64,000 nt of DNA, from contig CAVVHS010000007.1 of assembly GCA_963748215.1 (NCBI GenBank), forward strand, positions 256,001-320,000. Direction: 5' to 3'. Shown here in pieces: positions 29,283 through 38,705 of this stretch (position 1 is its first letter; the number at the start of each line of letters is the position of its first letter). The stretch comes from an uncultured Gammaproteobacteria bacterium (GTDB lineage: Bacteria; Pseudomonadota; Gammaproteobacteria; UBA9214). The notes below the pieces were generated by a model, which ran no database searches, had not been told where the DNA came from, and saw nothing but the letters and a program-made list of their open reading frames with translations. The translations under genes and the position numbers were made by a program.

Positions 29283-32200
29283 TCAGGTGTGGCTGTCCGC
29301 TTCGAGGATGCGCTGGCAAAGGTCCTCCAGTTCCGTACACGTCAACGCTGCCTGCCCGTAGTCCCCGTTGATGATCTGGACATTCATGCGGCCAGCGACT
29401 TCAGTGATATCGGGGAACCCCACGGTCCCGCCCGTACCCTTGAGGTCATGCGATTTTGACTGTGCCAGCTCCCAGTCTTCCTTGCGTACTGCCGCGGAAA
29501 GTTCTGCCATCAGTTGCGGCAGGTTCTGCTTGAATTGATCGATAATGGCCAGAAACGCCGGGCTGTTATAGAGTTCAGCGTATTCATCGCCGTCCTGCTC
29601 ATGGATACCCGGCCCGGTGCCGGTCATTGCGCCGGTTTCGGGAAGATACTTGTTAAGGATGTTGTAGAATTTTGTCACGTTTACGGGTTTGACCAGATAG
29701 TCATCGGCGCCTGCCGCGATGCATTTTTCACGACTCGTCACCATGGCATTCGCTGTCAACGAAACGACGGGGCGTGAATAACCGGATTGCCGTAATACTC
29801 TGATAGCTTCCACGCCATCCATTACAGGCATCTGCATGTCCATCAGGATCAGGTCGTAGCCATGGGCCAGTGCCATGTCCACACCCGTGCGCCCGTTGTC
29901 GGCAACGTCGATGTTCGCCCCGGTTCTGCGCGCGTACAATTCGATCAACTCCTGGTTATCGGGGTTGTCTTCCACCAGCAGGATGCTGCCGGCAAGCGCT
30001 TTTATCACTGCCGGCTGCTGCGGTGCATGACTGTGTATGCCGGCTTCCTCCATATTATTGATGACGACGCCATTTTCCTGCTTGTTGTCCAGTGTCAGTG
30101 TAAAGTGACTGCCCCGGCCCTGTTGACTGACGCAGGTCAGTTTGCCGCCGAGAGCGGTCGCCAGATTGCTGGAAATGGACAGGCCCAGGCCGGTACCGCC
30201 GTACTTGCGCGTGGTCGTTGAATCCGCCTGCATGAAGGGTTCGAATACATGATCGACCTCTTCACGCGTCATGCCGATGCCGCTATCGATGACGTCAAAT
30301 TGAATGGTCCTGAACATGTCATCGCAACTTACATCCACGTGAACGTATCCTGTATTGGTGAACTTGATGGCATTGCTGCACAGATTGATAAGAATCTGCT
30401 TCAGCCGGGTAGGATCGGTCAGGAGCTTGCCGGGCAGCGGGAAGTGATAATTGATCCTGAATTCCAGTCCTTTTTCTCTCGCGCTCAGGCCCAGCAGTGA
30501 CTCGACTTCTTCCAGAATCTGGAAGAGTGAGGTTTCTACCGGTTTATGCTCGATCTGGTTGGCCTCGATCTTCGACAGGTCAAGAATATCACTGATGATC
30601 TGTTGCAGATGCTTTCCGTTTCGTATGATGGTTGCGGTGAGTCTCTCGCGTTGCTTCGGGTCAGCATCATTGGCCAGCAGGGCCTCCGCAAATCCGATAA
30701 TGGCGGTCAGCGGCGTGCGGATTTCGTGGCTCATGTTGGACAGAAAATCGCTCTTCGCCTGGCTGGCGGCATCGGCCAGTTCCTTGGCGTGAATGAGTTC
30801 GTCCGTGCGCTCCCTCACCCTGGATTCCAGGCTGACATTGAGCCTGCTGATTTCATCCTCGGCCTGCTTGCGTCGTTTCTCCCGGGCGAAGGTATCGAGT
30901 GCAAAGTTGATATCCGATGCCATTTGCTTGAGCAGCTCGCGGGCATCCGCATCGAATGCATCCGCGTCTCCGGAGTAGAGGTTGAAAGCCCCGATGGTGG
31001 TACCGTTGGTGCGCAGCGGCAGCGCGGCCGAGGCATGCATGTCGAACTGTTTGCAATGCTCGTGCCAGGGCCTGGTGCGAGGATCATGTTGACAGTCCAG
31101 ACACCAGACCGGCTGGTTATTGCGTATTGCGGTGCCGGTTGGGCCGTTACCCAGAGGATCATCGGCATTAACCGAGATAGAGATGTCATTCAGGTAGGCG
31201 GTGCCTTCACCGTACGAGGCAACCGGGACGACCTGCTGGCTGGCCGGGTCGACCACCCCGATCCATGCCATTCTGAAACCTCCGTATACCACTGCGTCGT
31301 GGCATATCTTTGGGAACAGGTCGTTTTCATTGCTGCTGTGAACAATGGCCTGATCACAATGGCTCAGGGTGGAATAGAGTTTGGACAGGCGCTGGATCTT
31401 TGCCTCAGATTTCTTGCGTTCGGTAATGTCGTAGCCCAGCGCCACGATGTGCGTGACCTTGCCGGAGCTGTCGTGTAATACCGTATTGTGCCAGTCGAGC
31501 GTTCGCCGGATGCCCTCACGTGTCATCCAGTCGTTTTCGTACCGGGAGGCGATCTCGGGCCTGTTGGCCTTCAGGTTCTCGAAGACCTGTTCGACTGCCG
31601 ATTGCTGTTCTGCGGGGATGACCCGGTCCCAGATCGGCTGGCCCAGCAGTTCCTCGCGGCGGTAGCCCGTCAGTTCCTCTGTCGCACGGTTGATGTACAC
31701 GAAGCGCCCCGACCTGTCGAGCACAATGATGACATTGCCTGCGGCTTCCACGACCGCATCGTTCAGATCGCGCTGTTCCCTGAGTTCACTTTCGGCGTGC
31801 TTGCGTTCAGTGATGTCGGCATGCGTGCCAATCATGCGCGTGGCTTTGCCATCTTCCGCGCGGCTGATTACCAGGCCGCGATCGAGTATCCAGCGCCAGC
31901 TGCCGTTTTTGTGGCGGATGCGATGTTCATTCTTGTAGGACGGTGTCTTGCCGTCGAGATGTGCCTGAATGTCCGCCATCACATTCCTGACATCAACCGG
32001 GTGAATACGTGCTTCACATTCCGAAAAGCGGTTTTCGATTTCGTGCTCGCTGTAACCCAGCATCTCTTTCCAGCGTTTGGAATATTTCACTATGTTAGTA
32101 CGGATGTCCCAGTCCCAGACACCTTCGCCAGCACCTTCCAGTGCGTAACGCCAGCGTTCCTCGCTTTCTGCAAGCTCGCTGGTCATATTTTTCGCCTGTC

Positions 32201-33194
32201 CGAGCGCATATACCAGCATGGTTAACAACAGGCTGATGGCGATACCGGTGATGGCAACGAGTGCCGGCGTGTTGTTGCTGAGTCGTGACTCGAACAGGGA
32301 CGACGACTCAATGACTATTGTCCAGGAGCGATTGGCGATTTCGATTTGCCGCGTGTCCCTGAGACGGGTATCTCCCGAATCCGGTTTGGCCGGGTGGGTA
32401 TGCGAATCATACAGCCGGTTTTGATCCGAAATTGTTTCCCCGTCATAGATTTCGATATCCAGGTCGTTAGTGCGCTCGTGTCCAAGGCCGGCCATCAGGT
32501 CGCCCATGCGAAACACGGCTGTGACCCAGCCGTACAGGCTGGCGCGGCGGTCAGCCACGGTATCGTGCGACAGGCCTCTCTTGTACAAGGGAAGGAACAT
32601 GAGAATGCCAGCCTGTACCTGCTCATGTGCTTCCTGTACCAGCGTCAGCTTGCCGGTTACTGCGGCACGACCGGAATCCCGCGCCTTGATCATGGTCTCT
32701 CGGCGCATCGTTTCATAAAACGTGTCATACCCCAGGGCTTTTGAATTGCTGTCGCTGAAGGGTTCTATGTAGATAACGGGTGTGTACTGTGGGCGTTCAC
32801 CTGCCGGGTGGATGGTATAGCCGGGAAAGCCCTCTCCGCGGATGTCGGCAATATGCTGTGCCTTACGGGCATTTTCCACAAACAGGTTATGGCCCAGACC
32901 CTGGATGCCGGGATAGCGCTCATCGAGTAACAGCGAAGACACGTAAGTGTGGAATTCCTTGCGTGTGACTTCATTCGAGCTTAGAAACAGGGCCCGCAGA
33001 CCGTGCAATACCTGATGATAGGCATCCATGCGCGCCTGGATTTGCGTGATGAGTTCCCGGGCCTGGAAATCAAACTCGTTTTGCAATTCCTGATCGGCAT
33101 TGCGCTGCTCATGGTTCCACACGCCGAGAGTCGCCAGCAGCGCGGCGCACAACACCAGTCCGGATATCAGGTGCGGGGAAGGAAAGGCTGGCAT
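29283..33194 (-). CDS. hybrid sensor histidine kinase (CHASE-PAS-PAS-GAF-HisKA-HATPase-REC-HPt)
   Basis: periplasmic domain with YIEP/ALGYD between TMs, GVWDW PAS, MSHEIRTPL, NAIKF, GGTGLGL, LMDMQMP, HDLKG. Confidence 0.93.
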   Translation of the reverse strand: MPAFPSPHLISGLVLCAALLATLGVWNHEQRNADQELQNEFDFQARELITQIQARMDAYHQVLHGLRALFLSSNEVTRKEFHTYVSSLLLDERYPGIQGLGHNLFVENARKAQHIADIRGEGFPGYTIHPAGERPQYTPVIYIEPFSDSNSKALGYDTFYETMRRETMIKARDSGRAAVTGKLTLVQEAHEQVQAGILMFLPLYKRGLSHDTVADRRASLYGWVTAVFRMGDLMAGLGHERTNDLDIEIYDGETISDQNRLYDSHTHPAKPDSGDTRLRDTRQIEIANRSWTIVIESSSLFESRLSNNTPALVAITGIAISLLLTMLVYALGQAKNMTSELAESEERWRYALEGAGEGVWDWDIRTNIVKYSKRWKEMLGYSEHEIENRFSECEARIHPVDVRNVMADIQAHLDGKTPSYKNEHRIRHKNGSWRWILDRGLVISRAEDGKATRMIGTHADITERKHAESELREQRDLNDAVVEAAGNVIIVLDRSGRFVYINRATEELTGYRREELLGQPIWDRVIPAEQQSAVEQVFENLKANRPEIASRYENDWMTREGIRRTLDWHNTVLHDSSGKVTHIVALGYDITERKKSEAKIQRLSKLYSTLSHCDQAIVHSSNENDLFPKICHDAVVYGGFRMAWIGVVDPASQQVVPVASYGEGTAYLNDISISVNADDPLGNGPTGTAIRNNQPVWCLDCQHDPRTRPWHEHCKQFDMHASAALPLRTNGTTIGAFNLYSGDADAFDADARELLKQMASDINFALDTFAREKRRKQAEDEISRLNVSLESRVRERTDELIHAKELADAASQAKSDFLSNMSHEIRTPLTAIIGFAEALLANDADPKQRERLTATIIRNGKHLQQIISDILDLSKIEANQIEHKPVETSLFQILEEVESLLGLSAREKGLEFRINYHFPLPGKLLTDPTRLKQILINLCSNAIKFTNTGYVHVDVSCDDMFRTIQFDVIDSGIGMTREEVDHVFEPFMQADSTTTRKYGGTGLGLSISSNLATALGGKLTCVSQQGRGSHFTLTLDNKQENGVVINNMEEAGIHSHAPQQPAVIKALAGSILLVEDNPDNQELIELYARRTGANIDVADNGRTGVDMALAHGYDLILMDMQMPVMDGVEAIRVLRQSGYSRPVVSLTANAMVTSREKCIAAGADDYLVKPVNVTKFYNILNKYLPETGAMTGTGPGIHEQDGDEYAELYNSPAFLAIIDQFKQNLPQLMAELSAAVRKEDWELAQSKSHDLKGTGGTVGFPDITEVAGRMNVQIINGDYGQAALTCTELEDLCQRILEADSHT

Positions 33195-33381
33195 GGGTCA
33201 GGCGCAGCGCAAAAGCACTGCGACAGACCTCATGCCTGCAGCGGATCGATCACTTGAATGCGGATTCATGGTGGAATTTAAACAGACAATCCGGCTGAAC
33301 AAAAGCCCGGTAGCCGGAGAATGCGAACTGGAGGACAGGCTGCACATAATACATTGTTTTTGCGGTGGAATAAGACGCACC

Positions 33382-33715
33382 GAGACGTGTGACGTGAGAC
33401 GTGACATGTAGATGTAGGGTGCGTTTTACGCACCGGAACGGTTGAACATCGCGCGATAGATAATGGCCACGGAAGCACAGAGACGTGAAGTGTGAAACGT
33501 GAAATGGCCACGGAATCCACGGAAGAACGCGGAAAAATTAAATGCAGGACGCGTCGAGACGTGAGACGTGAAATGTAGAGGTAGGGTGCGTTTTACGCAC
33601 CGGCAATTGAATAATGGCCACGGAATCCACGGAAGAACGCGGAAAAATGAATGCAGGACGCGCCGAGACGTGAGACGTGAAACGAAGATGTAGGGTGCGT
33701 TTTACGCACCGGAAA
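33382..33715. repeat. composite modular repeat, locus B (direct tandem array, ~110-bp unit)
   Basis: GTAGGGTGCGTTTTACGCACC at 33414, 33581, 33690; AATGGCCACGGAA at 33462, 33503, 33613; GAGACGT heptamer runs before each REP. Confidence 0.9.
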
Positions 33716-33850
33716 ATTTGCGCACAGCGTGCCCTGCAGTCTATCCCCGACCCTGCGCTCCCCTGGGGAGTAGGGGGCCAATCGGCCGGATGGCCGATCG
33801 ATCCGGCTTTCAGCGTAACCCGAAGTTACCGGCTTCGTCCGGTGGCGTAC

Positions 33851-34251
33851 TTACAGGAACTTTTTCGCCATGCCCGGCAGGCCGCCGGCGTTGTCGAGTA
33901 GTGAACCACCGCGGCTTGACTGGTCGATAATCTGCGGTAACGTGGCTTTCAGGCCATCCAGCAAGGCCCCTTCGTCGGTGTTGAGCCGGGTGGCCATGTC
34001 GGCAACCTTGTCCTTGCCGAGAACTTCCCTGACCTGGTCTGTCGTAATATCCTCGTTCCGGCCATCACCCAGCCAGGACTCGGCGATCGATCCCGGTCCC
34101 TTGCCTTGCATGGCCGCTACAACACCACCGAGGCTGGATTGGCCACCACTATCGCTCACAGTCCATCCAGTGCGGACGCAATCGTCCCCGTATCTGTGCC
34201 GCCACCCAGTTTGCTGGCCAGCAGTTTTGAACCCGGTTGCATCATGTCCAT
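33851..34251 (-). pseudogene. YidB/DUF937 family protein, 1-nt deletion near 34158
   Basis: AGGAG and ATG at 34251 (MDMMQPGSKLLASKLGG..ALDGL), then a shift to SDSGG..SWLGDGRNEDIT..LPQIIDQ. Confidence 0.8.
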
Positions 34252-34342
34252 GGTGATTCTCCTGATTCGATGGCTCGTTCAGTACCGGGGATGGCCGCGT
34301 TTTCCGGCAGCCTGTCCCCGGCTATTGATGGATTGATCCGGA

Positions 34343-35416
34343 TTACTCCGTGTCCGGCCCCGTGCTCTCGCCGGGCGTTAAAATGGCTTCAACCTTCGTC
34401 TTGGCTTTTTCCAGCAGGCCTGCCTTCTTGTCCGGTTCTGTTACCGGTGCAGGCGTTGAGACAACCGGATCGACCGCTGGCGGCGCCACCACCGGGTGCG
34501 ATAGGGCCGGTTCGACGGCTGTCGTCGCGGCCTCGTCCTCGAGCCTGACGGCGGCCGGCGCGACCACGTCCGGTGCCGCTACCGGTGCCGGTATTGAGAC
34601 GGCGGGTTCGACGGCAGTTGTGACGCCCTCGGTCTCGATCATGACTTCAGCCGGCTTGACCACGGCCGGTGCTGCCACCGCTGCCGGAAGCGATACGTCC
34701 GGTTCGACGGCTGTCGTCGCGGCCTCGTCCTCGATCATGACTTCAGCCGGCTTGACCACGGCCGGTGCTGCCACCGCTGCCGGAAGCGATACGTCCGGTT
34801 CGACAGCTGTCGTCGCGGCCTCGTCCTCGATCATGACGGCGGCCGGCTTGACCACGGCCGGTGCTGTTACCGCCGCCGGAAGCGTTACGTCCGGCTCGGC
34901 GGCTGTCGTCGCGTCCTCGTCCTCGTCCTCGATCATGACTTCAGCAGGCTCGACCACGGCCGGTGCTGACACTGGCGCGGTGGGTGGTGTCGGAGTTGCA
35001 GCAGCGGGCATGGCTGGTGGTGTGGGCATGCCCCGGACGGGTTCGCCCGGTGTTGCCGTTAACGCGGCCGGAGGCGCTTCGGCACTGCTGTCGTACGCCG
35101 GTGGAGGACTATCCTGGCCGGAGTAAGCCGGAGCATAGCCCGGGGGTCCATAACCGGGGCGGGCGTTCCAGTCGCGATTCGGATAGCCACGGTGTTCGTA
35201 TTGCGGATACCCGTAACCCGGTTGGCGGTAGCCTGGCGGGTAGGGTGCCTGCGGGTTGCCGGGCGGTGTGCCGTGGTACTGCGGTGCCGGCTGTGCGGGC
35301 AGGTTGTTGGGAATTTCTTCATCAGGTGTTGCTGCCCAGCCTGTAACAGGCTGCAGTGCAATGCACACGCAGGCGCAGACTGCCGCGTTGTATTTCGATC
35401 GGGGTAACTGTCGCAT
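34343..35416 (-). CDS. exported Pro/Ala/Glu-rich low-complexity protein with 32-aa tandem repeats
   Basis: GAGGA upstream; signal-like N-terminus; P/G/Y-rich segment; repeats EDEAATTAVEPDVSLPAAVAAPAVVKPAEVMI. Confidence 0.75.
   Translation of the reverse strand: MRQLPRSKYNAAVCACVCIALQPVTGWAATPDEEIPNNLPAQPAPQYHGTPPGNPQAPYPPGYRQPGYGYPQYEHRGYPNRDWNARPGYGPPGYAPAYSGQDSPPPAYDSSAEAPPAALTATPGEPVRGMPTPPAMPAAATPTPPTAPVSAPAVVEPAEVMIEDEDEDATTAAEPDVTLPAAVTAPAVVKPAAVMIEDEAATTAVEPDVSLPAAVAAPAVVKPAEVMIEDEAATTAVEPDVSLPAAVAAPAVVKPAEVMIETEGVTTAVEPAVSIPAPVAAPDVVAPAAVRLEDEAATTAVEPALSHPVVAPPAVDPVVSTPAPVTEPDKKAGLLEKAKTKVEAILTPGESTGPDTE
34509..34968. repeat. 96-bp coding tandem repeat, about 5 units
   Basis: GGTTCGAC-type anchors at 34509, 34605, 34701, 34797 and a variant at 34893. 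Confidence 0.9.
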
Positions 35417-35860
35417 AACTGTGTCCTCATAAACTGCGGGTCGGGATTGCCCGGGTGCCTGAATGTGCGGTCAGCGCGTGCTGCCCTGTGCAGGACAGCG
35501 TACTGGCTGGTTTCAGGCGGCGTGTTGACGTGCTGTCCTGAATGATAGGCGTGAATGGCTGCAGTGCAAACCGGTGTTTGTGAATCTTTGTGCCTTTGCC
35601 ATGCAGACGACGGGTGAATGCCCGGAAACGACGCCCGCGAACGGACCCTGTGACGGCGATGACAAGCGGCGGAAGATACCTGGTATCAACCTGAATCAGG
35701 ACATGCCATCAGCCGCGTAACACTTGTTCACAATGCTGTAACCATGTTTGACACAAACTGCCTGTTGCCAGCTTGTGTTCGCACTACCCGTAACGAACAA
35801 TGCAGCCATCTGAGATGCCAATCGTGGCTGTACAGTGTAACCCGTAACAGGAGGGTAAAA

Positions 35861-36952
35861 ATGTCTGCATTAAAAACACAACGAATGATACTGCCAGCTC
35901 TTATTGCAAGTCTGACACTTGGTGGCTGCGCCAGCATGAAAGGCGGTGCTGTCGATCAGGTGACTCTTGCACAGAAAGACAGGGAGATTGCAGAGCTGAA
36001 CTCGCAGGTAAACGAGATGAAAAGCACCCTGACTGCCGAGCAAAAGGCACGTCTGGCACTTGAGTCATCCGGTACCGCAACCACCGAGTTGTTACCGCCG
36101 AATGCAAAGCCGGGTGAATGCTATGCGCGGGCTTTTGTGCCGCCTGTCTACAAGACAGACAGCGTCCGGGTCATGAAGTCAGAGGCGTCGGAGCGGATCG
36201 ATGTCATTCCCGAGAAATACGAATGGGCAAACGAGCAGGTACTGGTCCGGGAAGCATCCGAGCGGCTCGAAGTCGTACCCGCAACCTATGAAATGGTCAC
36301 CGAGAAAATAATGGTCAAGCCGGAAAGCACGAAGATTGTTGCTGTACCCGCACAATACAGGATGGAATCCGAAAGCGTACTCGACAAGCCGGAACATACT
36401 ATATGGAAAAAGGGCAGCGGCCCGATTACGAAGATCGATGACGCGACCGGCGAAATCATGTGTCTGGTTACCGTGCCCGCCTCCTACAGGACGGTAAGCA
36501 AGCGGCTTCTGGCTACTCCTGCCAGCACGCAGGAAATCAAGTTGCCGGCAGAGTACAAGACGGTCTCGAAACGGGTTATGAAAACCCCGCCGACCACGCG
36601 CAAGGTGGTGATACCGGCCGAGTACAAGACGGTGCGCGTACGCAAGCTCGTCGAGCCGGCGAAGACAGCCGCCACGCCCATCCCGGCCAGTTACGAGATG
36701 GTCAGCAAGCGTGAGCTGGTCAGGGATGGTCATATGGAGTGGCGGCCTGTGCTGTGCAGGACCAACATGACGCCGGCCGTCGTGCAACGCATACAAACGG
36801 CCCTGAAACAGGCGGGTCATAACCCGGGCCGGATAGACGGTGTCATCGGCGGCGGGACCATGGCGGCGGTCAAGAGCTATCAGCGGGCGAAGGGCCTGGC
36901 TACCGGTGGTCTCACCCTGCAGACGCTTGAATCGCTGGGCGTAAAGATCTAG
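35861..36952 (+). CDS. lipoprotein with PAxYxTV repeats and a C-terminal peptidoglycan-binding (PG_binding_1-like) domain
   Basis: AGGAGG, lipobox LGGC, repeated PAEYKTV, C-terminal IQTALKQAGHNPGRIDGVIGGGTMAAVKSYQ. Confidence 0.88.
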   Translation: MSALKTQRMILPALIASLTLGGCASMKGGAVDQVTLAQKDREIAELNSQVNEMKSTLTAEQKARLALESSGTATTELLPPNAKPGECYARAFVPPVYKTDSVRVMKSEASERIDVIPEKYEWANEQVLVREASERLEVVPATYEMVTEKIMVKPESTKIVAVPAQYRMESESVLDKPEHTIWKKGSGPITKIDDATGEIMCLVTVPASYRTVSKRLLATPASTQEIKLPAEYKTVSKRVMKTPPTTRKVVIPAEYKTVRVRKLVEPAKTAATPIPASYEMVSKRELVRDGHMEWRPVLCRTNMTPAVVQRIQTALKQAGHNPGRIDGVIGGGTMAAVKSYQRAKGLATGGLTLQTLESLGVKI

Positions 36953-36965
36953 TTCGCCTGACGAT

Positions 36966-36989
36966 ACCCGGGCCTTCACGGGCCCGGGT
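36966..36989 (+). terminator. GC-rich hairpin (weak terminator or intercistronic stem)
   Basis: ACCCGGGCC-TTCACG-GGCCCGGGT, 9-bp stem, no strong U tract. Confidence 0.4.
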
Positions 36990-37030
36990 CTTGACACGGC
37001 TGCGTGTTATTTCAATCGAGAGGAAACGAA

Positions 37031-37471
37031 ATGCTACAGGAATTCAAGAAATTCGCCATGCGCGGCAATGTGGTCGACATGGCGGTCGGTATCATAATCG
37101 GTGCGGCATTCGGCAAGATCGTCAGCTCCCTGGTTAAAGATGTCATCATGCCGCCGATCGGCAAACTGATGGGCAATGTCGATTTCAGCAGTCTGTTTGT
37201 CAATCTGGGCGATATTCCCTACCAGACGCTGGCGGCTGCGCAGGAGGCCGGTGCACCCACCATCAACTACGGCACCTTTATCAATACGGTACTCGACTTC
37301 CTGATTGTTGCCTTCGCGATCTTCATGGTCATCAAGGGAATGAATTCCATGAAGAAGGCCGAGGAGGCACCTGCCGAGCCGACCACGAAAGAGTGTCCGG
37401 AATGCCTGTCCGAGATTCCGATTGCAGCCAGGCGCTGCAAGTTCTGTGCTTCCGAAGTCGTATCCGGCTAG
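37031..37471 (+). CDS. mscL: large-conductance mechanosensitive channel MscL with a Cys4 tail
   Basis: [48 protein letters not shown]. Confidence 0.96.
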   Translation: MLQEFKKFAMRGNVVDMAVGIIIGAAFGKIVSSLVKDVIMPPIGKLMGNVDFSSLFVNLGDIPYQTLAAAQEAGAPTINYGTFINTVLDFLIVAFAIFMVIKGMNSMKKAEEAPAEPTTKECPECLSEIPIAARRCKFCASEVVSG

Positions 37472-37503
37472 TTTCACGTTTTCCGAAGAGCGGGAGGTAA
37501 GTA

Positions 37504-37911
37504 ATGGCGCGAGGAATACATACCATCGAAGGCATTGGAGCTCACTACGCCGGACTGCTCGGTACTGCGGGGATAACCACGACAGATCATCTGCTGCGGG
37601 CCGGCGCAACCGGCAAGGGACGGGCAGAACTGGCCCTCAAAACAGGTATCAGCAGCAAGCTGATCCTCAAGTGGGTGAACATGTGTGATCTGTTTCGTGT
37701 GCGCGGTGTGGCGACCCAGTATGCGGAATTGCTGGAGGCGGCCGGCGTGGACACTGTCAAGGAGTTGCGGAACCGTAACTCCGAGAACCTGGCACAGGCA
37801 TTGAGCGCGGTAAACATCGAGAAACGCCTGGTTCGTCAGGTGCCGAACAGTAAGCGGGTTGGCGGCTGGATTGAACATGCAAAGACCCTGCAGCCAATGG
37901 TGAGCTACTGA
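37504..37911 (+). CDS. DUF4332 domain protein (HhH-like)
   Basis: IEGIG, LILKWVNMCDLFRVRGV..YAELLEAAGVDTVKELRNRN. Confidence 0.88.
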   Translation: MARGIHTIEGIGAHYAGLLGTAGITTTDHLLRAGATGKGRAELALKTGISSKLILKWVNMCDLFRVRGVATQYAELLEAAGVDTVKELRNRNSENLAQALSAVNIEKRLVRQVPNSKRVGGWIEHAKTLQPMVSY

Positions 37912-37940
37912 GCTGTGAAGCACCCCAACAGGAGAATCGA

Positions 37941-38618
37941 ATGAAAAATACAGTCTGGTTATTGGCCGGCGCCGCGTTTGTTCTCGGCGGTTGTGGCGAC
38001 AGGGAACCGGCAGTGACCGGGATTCAGGCGGACCAGTCAGTGCAGGCAGCGGTGGCGGACGTGGTCAGCGATGACGTCGTTACACCACAGGTACAGACTG
38101 CCGGTCAGGGCGGGCATGCTGATTTGGTGCCTGTGCTACCTGCCGACACGTCTGCCAGTACGGCGGGGGAGAGCGTGGAATCGGCAGCCGATACGCCTGA
38201 TTCCGCCAGTGAACAGATGGACGAGCAACTTGTGCTAGTGGTGGGCGCGGCCGGTGCGGCCGGTGCCATGCTTGCAGATGCAGCCCCGGAATCAATGCCG
38301 GAGATTGTCGATGCTGATGCGACGGGCATGACCGCTGCTGGGGAAGCGCCGGCGGATGTCGAACTGGCGCTGGGCGAGAAAATATACGGTGCAAACTGTA
38401 TCGCCTGTCATGGCACCGGTGCGGCCGGTGCACCGAAGCTGGGTGATGCAGCGAACTGGGCACCACGGATTGCGCAAGGTATGACGTTGATGACGGCGAA
38501 TGCCCTGAATGGTTATCAGGGCTCGAACGGTTACATGCCGGCAAAGGGCGGCTTTAGCGCGCTGTCGGATGCCGAGGTAACGGCGGCCGTTGCCTATATG
38601 GCAAGTGAAAGTCGCTGA
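37941..38618 (+). CDS. cytochrome c5 family lipoprotein
   Basis: lipobox LGGC, acidic linker, CIACH, GAPKLGD, MPAKGG. Confidence 0.9.
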   Translation: MKNTVWLLAGAAFVLGGCGDREPAVTGIQADQSVQAAVADVVSDDVVTPQVQTAGQGGHADLVPVLPADTSASTAGESVESAADTPDSASEQMDEQLVLVVGAAGAAGAMLADAAPESMPEIVDADATGMTAAGEAPADVELALGEKIYGANCIACHGTGAAGAPKLGDAANWAPRIAQGMTLMTANALNGYQGSNGYMPAKGGFSALSDAEVTAAVAYMASESR

Positions 38619-38705
38619 CGGGAGGCGCTATTAGGCTGCCGGCAGGGATGCCGGTATGGTTTCCGGGCATACTGACTGGCAAGGATGCCGGTTGGACTCG
38701 GTTTT

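Noticed and set aside
33382-33715. CRISPR array (three identical 21-bp palindromic repeats)
   Set aside because: Intervening sequences are 88-146 bp and repeat each other instead of being unique spacers; no cas genes; the repeat is a GTAG-type REP
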